Counted from the first letter of the stretch, positions 1 through 12,949 are shown. The stretch is DNA of 64,000 nucleotides from Pristiophorus japonicus (GCF_044704955.1 NC_091987.1:181722001-181786000), one strand, 5' to 3'. A program made the numbers and translations. Notes: generated by a model from the sequence alone, not told the origin.

Positions 1-524
1 AGTCCTACACTCCTGATCTTTGGACACCCTATGCAGAGGGGAGCGGGTAGGTCCGAAGGCCTCCTCGTAGGACTGCTCCTGGGCACAGCCAAGCGGACCA
101 TCAGCCGGTCCAGGCAGCGGGCGGTCGAGGGGGTCGTTCAACCTGACTGCCTGCCTCTCTTCCGTGCTTACATCCGAGCCAGGGTGTCCTTAGAGATGGA
201 GCACACGGCCTTCCACGAGAGGTGGCCAACGGAGGAACTGGAGCGCATTATTACCTCCGGAAACCAAATTTAAATTTGATTTTATATGTTTTAAAGCTTA
301 ATTTGTTTTAACTGCCGGTTTTAGTGTCCCCCTCCCCTTTTATAGGGGGCACTTGTAAAATATGTGGTTTTGATGCCCCCAAAAGAATCACAAAAAAATC
401 CACAAAAAAAACCCAAAAAACATTTAAAAAAATAAAGGGGCAATTAAAAGTGTCTGGAGTGTCCCCCAGATCGGGGGGCACTTGATCTAATGTTTATTTT
501 GTTTCCCCCCACCGAAAAAAGAGT
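1..524 (+). mobile_element. Tx1-clade (L1 group) LINE 3' fragment, array unit 1
   Basis: ORF2 C-terminus (GLLVGLLLG..AISRSRQRAVEG..RARVSLEMEH), a 3' UTR with two GTGTCCCC..GGGGGCAC hairpins, and terminus AAAAGAGT followed by TGTAGAGC. Similar to the longer copy at 52172-53144, which has a zf-RVT-like C-x2-C..ES..H..C motif. Confidence 0.8.
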
Positions 525-534
525 TGTAGAGCAG

Positions 535-3500
535 TGTAGAGGATTCCGTGTTCCATGTTTTTATTGAATAGAAACATAGAAACATAGAAAATAGGTGCAG
601 GAGTAGGCCATTCGGCCCTTCGAGCCTGCACCACCATTCAATGAGTTCATGGCTGAACATGCAACTTCAGTACCCCATTCCTGCTTTCTCGCCAAACCCC
701 TTGATCCCCCTAGTAGTAAGAACGACATCTAACTCCTTTTTGAATATATTTAGTGAATTGGCCTCAACAACTTTCTGTGGTAGAGAATTCCACAGGTTCA
801 CCACTCTCTGGGTGAAGAAGCTTCTCCTCATCTCGGTCCTAAATGGCTTACCCCTTATCCTTAGACTGGTTCTGGACTTCCCCAACATTGGGAACATTCT
901 TCTTGCATCTAACCTGTCTAAACCCATCAGAATTTTAAACGTTTCCATGAGATCCCCTCTCATTCTTCTGAACTCCAGTGAATACAAGCCCAGTTGATCC
1001 AGTCTTTCTTGATATGTCAGTCCTGCCATCCCGGGAATCAGTCTGGTGAACCTTTGCTGCACTCCCTCAATAGCAAGAATGTCCTTCCTTAAGTTAGGAG
1101 ACCAAAACTGTACACAATATCCAGGTGTGGCCTCACCAAGGCCCTGTACAACTGTAGTAACACCTCCCTGCCCCTGTACTCAAATTCCCTCGCTATGAAG
1201 GCCAACATGCCATTTGCTTTCTTAACTGCCTGCTGTACCTGCATGCCAACCTTCAATGACTGATGTACCATGACACCCAGATCTCGTTGCACCTCCCCTT
1301 TTCCTAATCTGTCACCATTCAGATAATAGTCTGTCTCTCTGTTTTTACCACCAAAGTGGATAACCTCACATTTATCCACATTATACTTCATCTGCCATGC
1401 ATTTGCCCACTCACCTAACCTATCCAAGTCGCTCTGCAGCCTCATAGCATTCTCCTCGCAGCTCACACTGCCACCCAACTTAGTGTCATCCGCAAATTTG
1501 GAGATACTACATTTAATCCCCTCGTCTAAATCATTAATGTACAATGTAAACAGCTGGGGCCCCAGCACAGAACCTTGCGGTACCCCACTAGTCACTGCCT
1601 GCCATTCTGAAAAGTACCCATTTACTCCTACTCTTTGCTTCCTGTCTGACAACCAGTTCTCAATCCACATCAGCACACTACCCCAAATCCCATGTGCTTT
1701 AACTTTGCACATTAATCTCTTGTGTGGGACCTTGTCAAAAGCCTTCTGAAAGTCCAAATACACCACATCAACTGGTTCTTCCTTGTCCACTCTACTGGAA
1801 ACATCCTCAAAAAATTCCAGAAGATTTGTCAAGCATGATTTCCCTTTCACAAATCCATGCTGACTTGGACCTATCATGTCACCTCTTTCCAAATGCGCTG
1901 CTATGACATCCTTAATAATTGATTACATTATTTTACCCACTACCGATGTCAGGCTGACCGGTCTATAATTCCCTGTTTTCTCTCTCCCTCCTTTTTTAAA
2001 AAGTGGGGTTACAGTGGCTACCCTACACTCGATAGGAACTGATCCAGAGTCTTTGGAATGTTGGAAAATGACTGTCAATGCATCCACTATTTCCAAGGCC
2101 ACCTCCTTAAGTACTCTAGGATGCACACCATCAGGCCCTGGGGATTTATCGGCCTTCAATCCCATCAATTTCCCTAACACAATTTCCTGACTAATAAGGA
2201 TTTCCCTCAGTTCCTCCTTCTTACTAGACCCTCTGACCCCTTTTATATCCGGAAGGTTGTTTGTGTCCTCCTTAGTGAATACCAAACCAAAGTACTTGTT
2301 TAATTGGTCTGCCATTTCTTTGTTCCCCTTTATGACTTCCCCTGATTCTGACTGCAAGGGACCTACGTTTGTCTTTACTAACCTTTTTCTCTTTACATAT
2401 CTATAGAAGCTTTTGCAGTCCGTCTTAATGTTCCCTGCAAGTTTCCTCTCGTACTCTATTTTCCCTGCCCTAATCAAACCCTTTGTCCTCCTCTGCTGAG
2501 TTCTAAATTTCTCCCAGTCCCCGGGTTCACTGCTATTTCTGGCCAATTTGTATGCCACTTCCTTGGCTTTAACACTATCCCTGATTTCCCTTGATAGCCA
2601 CGGTTGAGCCACATTCCCTTTTTTATTTTTACGCCAGACAGGAATGTACAATTGTTGTAGTTCATCCACGCGGTCTCTAAATATCTGACATTGCCCATCC
2701 ACTGTCAACCCCTTAAGTATCATTCGCCAATCTATCCTAGGCAATTCACGCCTCATACCTTTAAAGTTACCCTTCTTTAAGTTCTGGACCATGGTCTCTG
2801 AATTAACTGTTTCATTCTCCATCCTAATGTAGAATTCCACTCTACATATTATGGTCACTCTTCCCCAAGGGGCCTCGCACAATGAGATTGCTAATTAATC
2901 CTCTCTCATTACACAACACCCAGTCTAAGATGGCTCCCCCCTAGTTGGTTCCTCGACATATTGGTCTAGAAAACCTTATGAATGCACGAGGTTGCAGCCC
3001 CTGTTCCATTATTTAAAGGGGCTGCTCCTGAATTTCTGGCTGCACTTCAGTCCCACACTCCTGACCTTTGGGCACCCTGTACGGAGGGGAGTGGGTAGGT
3101 CCGAGGGCCTCCTCGTAGGACTGCTCCTGGGCATGGCCAAGTGTGCCATCAGCCGGTCCAGGCAGCGGGCAGTCGAGGGGGTCGTTCAGCCTGACTGCCT
3201 GCCTCTCTTCCGTGCGTACATCCGCACCACGGTGCCCTTAGAGATGGAGCACGCGGTGTCCACCGGTACGCTCGTGGCCTTCCGCGAGAGGTGGGCGCCG
3301 GAGGTACTGGAGTGCATCGTCACCCCCGGCAACCAAATTTTAATTTGATTTTATATGTTTTAAAGTTCAATTTGTTTTAATTGCCGGTTTTAGTGTCCTC
3401 CTTTTATAGGGGGCACTTGTAAAATTTATGATTTTAGGGCCCAAAAAAAAACACAAAAATAACCCACAAAAAACAATTTAAAAAAAAGGAAAAAAAGGCA

Positions 3501-3578
3501 GTTGAAAAGTGTTTGGAATGTCCCCCAGATCAGGGGGCACTTGAATTAATGTTTATTTTGTTTCCAACCAGAAAGAGT
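535..3578 (+). mobile_element. Tx1-clade LINE 3' fragment, array unit 2, split by a CR1 (pieces 535-569 and 2976-3578)
   Basis: TCCGTGTTCCATGTTTTTATTGAAT at 545-569 continues as TTATGAATGCACGAGGTTGCAGCCC at 2976, matching the contiguous sequence in unit 3. Confidence 0.8.
570..2975 (-). mobile_element. CR1 LINE, 5'-truncated, ORF2 decayed
   Basis: RT motifs ([37 protein letters not shown]) in ORFs 1089-2882; (ATAGAAAC)n tail at the left end; imperfect TSD TTATTGAAT/TTATGAAT. Confidence 0.95.
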
Positions 3579-3592
3579 TGTAGAGCTGTTGA

Positions 3593-4249
3593 CTCCCAGG
3601 CCGTCTGTAATTTCAGCGGTCTAGAGAAGTCCGTGTTCCATGTTTTTATTGAATGCATGAGGTTGCAGCCCCTGTTCAACTATTTAAAGGGGCTGGTCCT
3701 GAAATTCTGGCTGCACTTCAGTCCCACACTCCTGATCTTTGGACACCCTGAGCAGAGGGAAACGGGTAGGTCCGAGGGCCTCCTCATGGGACTGCTCCTG
3801 GGCATGGCCAAGGGTGCCATCAGCCGGTCCAGGCAGCGGGCGGTCGAGGGGGTCGTTCAGCCCGACTGGATGCCTCTCCTCCGTGCGTACATCCGCGCGA
3901 GGGTGTCCTTAGAGATGGAGCACGCGGTGTCCACCGGTACACTCGCGGCCTACCGTGAGAGGTGGGTGCCGGAGGAACTGGAGTGCATTGTCACCCCCGG
4001 TAACCAAATTTTAATTTGATTTCATATGTTTGAAAGTTTAAATTGTTTTAATTGCTGGGTTTTAGTGTCCCCCCTCCCCTTTTATAGGGGGCGCTTGTAA
4101 ATTATGGTTTTAGTGCCCAAAAAAACCCCAAAAACTACAAAAAAACCCAAAAAAAACCTCAAAAAAGGGCAGTTGAAAAGTGTTTGGAGTGTCCCCCAGA
4201 TCGGGGGGCACTTGATTTAATGTTCATTTTGTTTCCAACCAGAAAGAGC
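3593..4249 (+). mobile_element. Tx1-clade LINE 3' fragment, array unit 3
   Basis: ORF 3513-4019 matches the same C-terminus; bounded by TGTAGAGCTGTTGA (3579-3592) and TGTAGAGCTATTGG (4250-4263). Confidence 0.85.
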
Positions 4250-4263
4250 TGTAGAGCTATTGG

Positions 4264-4804
4264 CTCCCAGGCCGTCTGTAATTTCTGCGGTCTGGAGGAG
4301 TCCGTGTTCCACGTCTATGTTCAATATGTGAAACTGCAGCCCCTCTTCCAATATTTGAAGGAGCTGATCCTCAAATTCTGGTTGCACTTCAGTCCCACGC
4401 TCCTGATCTTTGGGCACCCTGTGTGGAGGGGAGCGGGTTTGTTGGAAGGCATCCTCGTAGGACTGCTCCTGGGCATGACCAAGGAGGCCTTCAACCGGTC
4501 CAGACAGCGGGTGGTCGAGGGGTCGTTCAGCCCGACTGCCTGCATCTCTTCCACGGTTACATCCGAGCCAGGGTGTCCCTGGAGATGGAGCACACGGTGT
4601 CCACCGGTACGCTCGCAGCCTTCCATGAGAGGTGGACACCGGAGGGACTGGAGTACATCATCACCCCCGGCAACCAAATTTTAATTTGAACTACGTGTCT
4701 AAAGTTTAATTTGTTTGTCGGTTTTAGTGCCACCCCCCCCCCCTTTTAGCCAGGGGGTACTTGATTTAATGATTCATGTTTTTACAGGTACAACTCAAAG
4801 TAGT
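4264..4804 (+). mobile_element. Tx1-clade LINE 3' fragment, array unit 4 (short 3' UTR variant)
   Basis: CNFCGLEESVFHV motif, single-hairpin 3' UTR, ends AAAGTAGT then TGTCGAGCTGTTGAG. Confidence 0.85.
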
Positions 4805-5044
4805 TGTCGAGCTGTTGAGTTGGGAGTGGCTTAGTCAGTCACGTGATGTTCACAAGACTCAATAAAACCCCAGCCAGTTGGGTTTGGGGGATCCACGATG
4901 AGGCAGATAGTTGTGAGCCTGGTGGATGAACTGGTAATGTGTAGTGCGATTGTTAAACCTTTTGCTAATAAACGAACTAGTTCTTAATAGCAATGTGTTG
5001 CTATGAATTCTTAAGCAAGGAACCCATGACGCAAATATATTACA
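4805..5044 (+). mobile_element. 3' part of a small LTR (family A) that hosts the Tx1 array
   Basis: Aligns with the uninterrupted copy at 20080-20348 and with 25469-25708; contains AATAAA and ends ATTACA. Confidence 0.8.
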
Positions 5045-5724
5045 CAATGGAAGTTGACTGTTTCCCGATGATCGGAGCTCCATTCTCTGGATCTACAAGA
5101 AGTTGGGTTCCTGGTGCCTTTGGGAGCGGGGAGGTCAGCCTGTGCTACTGAAGTAGAGAGTAACATGAGCTTATTATCGATAGTTTGCGATTAGTGTACC
5201 AAATGTTTTTCGAATTACTCCCAGGCATTATTTTGCCTTTCCCCTTTGGGTCTGTGCTAAGCAGTAGTTCAGAGTGAAATAGGAAACAGAAATAGATTTT
5301 AATGACTGGTCTTTAACTGCTGCCCACACAGGAACTAACAAGCTGATTCAGAAAAATATCAGTGAGGAAATGACTGTCAGTGCTCCCCAGTCAATAGTTT
5401 GTGCAAAGAATGATTTTATTTTTGCTTCAACACCTTTGAAAAGGGGAATGAAAAAGGTTCTTTATCCAGCTGTAAATGTGGGGCCAGCGTATGGTCAGTG
5501 AAAGGAGCAGAGATTTGGATGAGTTGCTGGAAGATTGCCAGCCTGGGCAGGGGGCGTTCGATTGCGATGGGGAAATGCCCGGGAGAAATTGGGAGGGAAA
5601 AAAAAGCAAACCAAAAAAAAGTAAATATCATCTCTCATTCTCATTAACGTTATCCAATCTCGGAATATTTAGTTAAAGATTATAGCCTCGGAATGACGGC
5701 GGGTGATATCAGCAAACACTTTAA

Positions 5725-5915
5725 AAAAGAAAGACTAGTTTTTATATCAGCCTTTCACAACCTCAGGGTGTCCCTAAGTGCTTTCACAGCTAATGAGCTA
5801 CTTTTTGAAGCATATTCACTTGTAATGTAAGAAATGTGGTCGCTGATCTGCACACAGCAAGCTCCCACTAACACCAATGTCATAATGCCCAGTTAATCGG
5901 TTAGAGGTGTTAGTT
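5725..5915 (-). mobile_element. Deu-domain SINE 3' fragment
   Basis: Reverse complement of the 3' tail of the SINE at 10961-11420. Confidence 0.6.
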
Positions 5916-6997
5916 GGCATGCATCAGTATCTGTCGGCTGTGGGGAAAGGGAAACCAGCATTCCCATTCCTGACTAAGGTGAGTGACCTCCCTGCTGGAA
6001 ACAGCGTAGGTGAGGACGGGATCGGGCGCAGTGGTAATACCCTCCATGGCGGAATGGCCTGCTGACACTCAATGTCTGATGACTGATGAACACTTGGTCG
6101 AGTTACCCTCAGGCTTCAGAACCATCAAGAAATAAGCAGAAAACGTAGAAAGAAGCGGGGAATAAAAATGGCAGAGAAATGGGTGGGTGGGGCATGGGCG
6201 GGGCTGTGGGGGGGGGGGGCGAGACAGACAGAAAGTTGGAGAATCAAAAAAGGTTGAATTTTGAAATAAGCTGAGATCCAATCAATGTCCGATCCAAAGG
6301 AATTATTTATTTTCCAGCCATCGTTTATCTTAGCTTTACACGGTTCAAATTAGATTGAAATTCTCAAACAGCCAGAAGCTGCCCTGGGTACTGAGCAAAC
6401 AAACTTTCTTTTTCTGATCTCAATGCAGTGAGCGACAGAGCAGGAGGTCGCGGTCACTGGTCACTGCCAGACTCCAGTGTTACACATGGTAACTCACCGA
6501 GAGACGCCACTCCCCTCCTGTGCAGCAGCCCCATCTCCCCAGTATCTTCCTGTCGTTCTAACCAAGAAAGCTTGCAGGCTTCCTGCTCTCAAACAATGTG
6601 CCCAGTGTCACTCCCACATCTGGCTGCCTCTTGAGTTCATTCTTGTACCTTCCCATCCCCTCCCCCAAAATGTGAAGCCTCCTTCCTCTTCATGTACTCG
6701 ACATACTGATGCAGGATAACAACCACTGCATTTCTGTTCCTTTGAGGAGGAAAAGTATATTCTGGCCCCACATTTTGGAACATTCTACCCACGCCCCTCT
6801 GCCTTGTTACTTCTCTCTCTTCCTTCTAACCCTACATCTTCGATCCTCCATTGAGCCACCTCCATTAATCATTTTTCCTCCATTTGCCAGTCTCTGGTTA
6901 TCTTCCGACTTTGTGAAGTACCTTGGTACATGTTGTTATGTTAAACGCATCATAGAAGTGTATGTTTTTGTTGTTACCTTAATTAGAGAGAGGGAGA

Positions 6998-7450
6998 GAG
7001 AACTTGCATTTATATAGCACCTTTCAAAACCTCAGGACATCCCAAAGTACTTCAAAGCCAATGAAGTACTTTTGCAGTGTCATCACTGTTGTAACGTGGC
7101 AGCCAATTTGCCCAGAGCAAGGTCCCAGAAACAGCAATGAGAGACATGACCTGATAGTCTGCTTTGATGGTACTGAGTGAAGGATAACTATTGACCAGGA
7201 CACCGCAAGAACTGCCCTGCTCTTTTTCGAATAGTGCCATGGGATCTTTTACGTCCACCTGAGAGAACAGGTGGGACCTCTCAGTTTAACATCTTATCTG
7301 ACGAACGGCAACTGCGACAGTGCAAGATTCTCTCAGTATTGCACTAGAGTGTCAGCCAAGATTATGTGCTCAAGTCCTGGAGTTGGGGCTTCAAACCATG
7401 ACCTTCTGATTCATGAGGTGCGAGTGATACCGACTGACCTAAGGCTGACA
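6998..7450 (-). mobile_element. tRNA-derived Deu-domain SINE (SacSINE1-like)
   Basis: Diverged reverse complement of 10961-11420. Confidence 0.8.
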
Positions 7451-7769
7451 CAAAGGGGTGGTGCAGACTCAGTTCTACAGCAGGCCCCTCGAAGCAACAC
7501 TGTATTGGCTGCTGAATTAATATTCACAATGTGCTTGGTATATGGTGAACTTTACATACTGATACACTGGGGTGTTGCTGTCATAGTTTTTCGGTTCTCC
7601 AATGGTTCAATTGGTAACTGCACCAACTGCTGAGCTATACAGACCTGGATGGTTTGCTGATCTTAGACAGGACTATGGCATGCATACTGGCCTCAGCACC
7701 CGTGAGCTAAGGAGGGGACATTCAAAATTAGGAATTGTGCCTGATAGCTCTTGAGCTCATTTTCCAGGC

Positions 7770-8128
7770 GGACACTCCAGTGCTGTACTGAGGGAGCGCG
7801 CCATTGTTCGAGGCGCCGTCTTTTGGATGAGACATTAAACTGAGGCCCCGTCTGCCCATTCCATTGGTTCAGACAGATGTTGACGATTTCATGGTATTAA
7901 TCCGAGAAAAGCAGGGGGTTCTCCTAGTAGTGGAAGTCTGGAATTCTTTTCCCTAAAAGGCTGTGGATGCTGAGTCAATTACATTTTCCAGACTCAAACC
8001 GGTAGATTTTTGTTATCGAGAGATATGGATCAAAGGAGGGTAAATGAAGCTGAACTATAGATCAGCCATGATCTAACTGAATGGTGCAACAGGCTCGAGT
8101 GGCTGAATGGCTTCCTCCTGTTCCTATA
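7770..8128 (+). mobile_element. SINE core fragment followed by an old CR1 3' end
   Basis: GCTGTACTGAGGGAGCG..GCCGTCTTTTGGATGAGAC Deu core, then CR1 3' UTR ATCAGCCATGATC..GAATGG..CTCCTGTTCCT. Confidence 0.65.
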
Positions 8129-8684
8129 TCTGGGAGACATCCCCCCTCAACCAAACACTCAGAAACAGATTTGTGCTTTTTGTGGGACAGGGCAGGCATA
8201 GAAAAGCTCCCGTGTTTGCCTATAAAATAACTGTCACTGTACTCCAAAGAGTGACGCATTGTGTGAAGTGCAGTGAGATATTTCACTGCTGTGATAAGGC
8301 ATTTATATAGAGTCAAGTAGCAGGAACTCGGCTAGAAATGGCAACCCCGGTCCAAGTTGCAACCCTGTGAGCTAAACAAGATGGCATAGACTCCCATGGT
8401 CAAGTCCCACCTAAGAAATGGTCGCAAATCTCTGTTCTCAAATAACCACACGTAGGTATTGCTTTTCTGTTGTCATGGTGCTGCGGAATCCATCCTCGTG
8501 TGCACAGGGACAGACTTCACAACTCCAGGAGCTTCATCCAATGAAATACATAAAAGCAACACAAGATAATGCATAAGAATCTCTGTAACTATGATCAAGG
8601 TTCCCAGAGACTGTCCATGTTCCACATGGTATAGTATAAGCCCCGCAAAGAACGGCCTGTAGCTCCCACAGCTTACTGTAAACA

Positions 8685-8952
8685 TTTAAAACTGAGATGA
8701 GGAGAAATTTCTTCTCTCTGAAGGCTGTAAATCTATGGAATTCTCTGCCCCAGAGAGCTGTGGAGGCTGGGTCATTGAATATATTTAAGGCGGAGATAGA
8801 CAGATTTTTGAGCGATAAGCGAGTAAAGGGTTATGGGGAGTGGGGCAGGGAAGTAGAGCTAAGTCCATGATCAGCCATGATCTTATTGAATGGCGGAGCA
8901 GGTTCGAGGAGCCAAATGGCCAACTCCTGCTCCTATTTCTTATGTTCTTATG
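8685..8952 (+). mobile_element. CR1 3' end
   Basis: GAGATGAGGAGAAATTTCTTCTCT through a (TTCTTATG)n tail. Confidence 0.9.
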
Positions 8953-9269
8953 TACTTATTTTCGACCAGCCTATTCAATTTTGATCTCAACCCCATCTAC
9001 CCACCTTCTCGCCAAATGTTTTAATACTCTCTCTCTCCTGAAACACATCCAATACTCTTGAACTCTCACCCACCATTCACTCCAATGGCTTTCCCTGTTA
9101 ACTCAATGCACAAATCTATTACCTTTGAGTGATAAAGTTCCACCTGGCCTCCATCCTTAACATTTGACTTGTGTCCCCTTTGAATTTGAAGCCCTGTCCT
9201 CACCATAGTGAATCAATGCACCTGCATCAATGTGGCCAAAATATCTTTACCTGTCTATACATATTATTA

Positions 9270-10440
9270 AAGAAAAAAAGGTTTGCATTTATATATCGTC
9301 AGTCACGACCACCAGACACCTCAAAGCGCTTTATAGCCAATGAAGTACTTTTGGAGTGTCTTCTTCTTGGGCAGTCTCCCAAAGTCGAGGATGACTTGCT
9401 TCTGCACTAGAATAAGTTCGAAGGTGACTGATAAGACCAATGCTGGACCTACAGTCTCTGTCACAGGTGGTGTTTGAAGGGATGGATGGGTGGGGAGCTT
9501 GATTTGTCGTACGCTCCTTCCGCTGTTTGTACTTGGCTTCTGTGTGTCCCGGCGAAGTGACTCGAAGTGTTCGCTGCCTTCTCGGATGCTTAACCTCAAC
9601 CTTGAGCGGTCTTGAGCCAAGGATTCCCAAGAGTCGGTGGGGATGTTACATTTTTTTCAAGGAGGCTTTGAGGCTGTCCTTTAAGCATTTTCTCTGCCCT
9701 CCTGGGGCTCGCCTGCCATGACGTAACTCGGAGTAGAGCGCTTGTTTCGGGAATCTAGTATCGGGCATGCAGACAATGTGGCCTGCCCATCGGAGCTGAT
9801 TGAGCATGGTCAATGTCTCGATGCTGGGAATGTTGGCCTGAGAGAGAACGCTGACGTTGGTGCGCCTATCCTGCCAATGGATTTGCAGGATTTTGTGGAG
9901 GCAGCGCTGGTGTTACTTCTCTAGTGCTGACTGTACATAGTCCATTTCTCTCAAGCATATAGGAGGGCGGGTATTACTACTGCTCTGTTGACCATGAGCT
10001 TGGTGTCGGGTTTGAGATCCTGGTCTTCGAACATTCTTTTCCTCAGGCGGCCGAAGGTAGCACTGGCACATTGAGTGTGATCAGTGCAGCTTTTTGGAGT
10101 GTAGTCACTGTTGTAATGTGGAACAGGCAGCAGCCAACTTGCGCACAGCAAGCTCCCACAAACAGCAATATGATAATGGCCAGATCATTTTCTTTTTTTC
10201 AATTATGTTGATTGAGGGATAAATATTGGCCAGGACATTGGGGATAACTCCCCTGCTCTTCTTCAAAATAATTCCATCCACCTGAGAGAGCAGACAGGGC
10301 CTCGGTTTAGCATCGCATCCAAAAGACAGCATCTCTGACAGTGCAGCACTCCCTTAGCACTGCACTGGAGTGTCAGCCTTGATTTATATGCTCAAGTCCC
10401 TGGAGTGGAACTTGAACCCATAACCTTCTGACTCAGAGGC
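9270..10440 (-). mobile_element. Deu-domain SINE interrupted by an RTE LINE
   Basis: SINE halves 9270-9359 and 10092-10440 join at the TSD. Confidence 0.85.
9360..10091 (-). mobile_element. RTE-clade (BovB-like) LINE 3' fragment
   Basis: ASATFGRLRKRMF..TKLMV.RAVVIPALLYA peptide, (GAA)n tail, TSD TTTTGGAGTGT at 9349-9359 and 10092-10102. Confidence 0.85.
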
Positions 10441-10960
10441 TTTTTCCTATCCTATTTTCTGTTGTTACAATATTGGTCGCATTTTCATGTTAATATTTAA
10501 CATGCTGAAACTGGGTATGTAAACAATTAGAATGGTAATCTTGTATGTAAACAGTTGCCTGTAACACCATTGTCGCGGAAAGGTTCTGGCTAGTAGATGG
10601 ATCTATCGATCAAGGTTCTGAAGGCTCTCCCCAACTCTCTCGCCATTGGGTAGATCAATAAATTATATTTGTCAACTGACTGTAAGCAATATCACGGGTA
10701 ATTTACTAATAATCTTGAAACCTTCAAATAGGTCAACTAAAAGCTCCCACTTTACGAAAGAAAACCAGAAGAACCTTTCGTCCTAAAATAAATTTCTGGT
10801 CCCTGTGCTGTTTGCCCAGCTCTGTACTCTGACACTGGTCATTTTCGATTTTCAGGGGGAACCGGATGGAATCACAGAAAGTGATCCTCAAAGTAGCAGT
10901 AAAAATCCTGGGTTTCATGTAAAAAAAAGAATGTGACTTTATTCAATCACTGTAAACTAG

Positions 10961-11420
10961 TGTCAGCTGTGGCTCAGTGGGTAGCACTCTCGCCTCAGAG
11001 TTAGAAGATTGTGGGTTAAATTCCCACTCCAGGGACTCGAGCATATAAACCGAGGCTGACACTCCAGTGCAGTGCTGAGGGAGTGCTGCACTGTCGAAGT
11101 TACCGTCTTTCGGATGAGACGTTAAACCGAGGCCCTGTATGCCCTCTCAGGTGGACATAAAAGATCCCATGGCACTATTTCGAAGAAGAGCAGGGGAGTT
11201 ATCCCCAGAGTACTGCCAATATTTATCCCTCAATCAACATAATAAAATCAGTTTATCTGGTCATTATCACGTTGCTGTTTGTGGGAGCTTGCTGTGCATA
11301 TTGGCTGCCGCGTTTCCCACATTGCAACAGTGACTACACTCCAAAAGTACTTCATTGGCTGTAAAGCGCTTTGAGACATCTGGTGGTTGTGAAAGGCGCT
11401 ATATAAATGTAAGTCTTTCC
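10961..11420 (+). mobile_element. Full-length tRNA-derived Deu-domain SINE (SacSINE1-like)
   Basis: A-box TGGCTCAGTGG, B-box-like GGTTAAATTCC, Deu core (CCGTCTTTCGGATGAGACG..AAAGATCCCATGGCAC), L2-like tail AAAGGCGCTATATAAATG. Confidence 0.85.
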
Positions 11421-12949
11421 TTTTTATTTCTTAGTGAGCTGCAGATGGTCCAAGCAATATTGATCTTTACGGCAATGTTTTTAGAACAGAAAGTGGTGTT
11501 GGGGGGAGGAGAGAGATTTTCTTTGCAATTCTTTTTGTCTGAAATAACCTGCAATCATTGTTTGTCGGTGGCGGGGGAGAGAGAGAAACAGGTACAATGT
11601 ACAAGCTGCTGTACAACGTTTCAATGCGGAATTCACACACTGATCTTTAATCCTCCTCACTGCTTGTAGTGATTGAGGAGGATTAGTGAGGATTCCTTCC
11701 TGGCTGCATTCCTCTACCTCGCACCCATTAAATTTAATTCTTCTTGACATTTGTCTTGTGATTATCTCTCCACAAACTGAAGCAGCACAGTCCTGACAGA
11801 GAAGGCCCAAAGATCAAAGGTCAGCTGCCTCAAAAAAAAGGTTGTTTAAATTAAAGTTACCAATTAATGTTTTGCACGCCTTTGTTTTAAGAAGGGCGGG
11901 GGTCATAGGTTATGCTTACAAATTGACTATGTTTTTGTGTTTGTGTATGGGTTTGCATGTGTGTATGTGATATGTGTATGCGATGTTCCAATTCACAACT
12001 GACATTTAAAAACACTTGTGCTTTTGCATCAGGTGTGAGAAGCAGAGGACAGTGAGCAGCCTCCATGCTACGCGCGTTGCAACAGACATATCGAACATGA
12101 CTCTCCCATTTTAGCAACAATATAAAAAACACAGCAATTTCTTCCACAGCCTCTGACTGAAAATAAACAGAGCCCCGCGCCTTTGAATAGCTTTGCAATC
12201 TGCCTCCCTCTATTATATTGGTGCTCAGGCCCCCGCTCTGTAGTGACTGCTACATGGACAAAGCTGTCATTGTTTTCCACTAAAGAGCTCTTGTCAGCCA
12301 CGGTCGATCATGGTTTACTGTTGCTGATGGTTTACCCACATGTTCTCCTTGGTGTGGTTGGTTGCTGATGAACTCCTTTGTCAAGCTCGAACTGCATTTA
12401 TGTTGGGAGGAAAGGTAAAGAATATCAGTTTGTTTTCTTTGGAAAAAGAAGAGGATACCTTGGGGTAAGCTAACCGAAGATTACATGGGCAATTGACAAG
12501 CCGTTCACTCCGGTGAAGGATTCAACCAGCAGAGGACATAAAGTTAGGAAGTCGGAATAAGAAGGCCAGTCAAGCAAAACTTTTTCACCTGAAGGGCAGT
12601 TGAGTTATGGAATAAGTTACGAGGGAGGTTCATTGAAGCAGACCATGGAAATGGGCTGAGGAGAAAATTGGAGGTGTTCCTGGAGAGAAAAGGCATTGAG
12701 GGACATGAGGAGAAGATGGGATTGATTAATGTAAAAGGGAGGAGTTTCTTGATCCAAATGGCCGTTTCCTGTTATTAAAATGTCTTACGGTGTTAGAGCA
12801 GGATCTGCAAACCCAGCCTGTGAGAAACTCACTCATTTATAACATATGAACATGTTTAAAACTCAACTTGTTTAATCAAGAATTGATTCGAGATATCAAG
12901 CTCAAGACTGTGTTTGTCTACACTGTCACTGGAAAATTACTGGTATCGA

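Noticed and set aside
10961-11040. tRNA gene
   Set aside because: It is the tRNA-derived SINE head, continuous with the SINE body in several copies.
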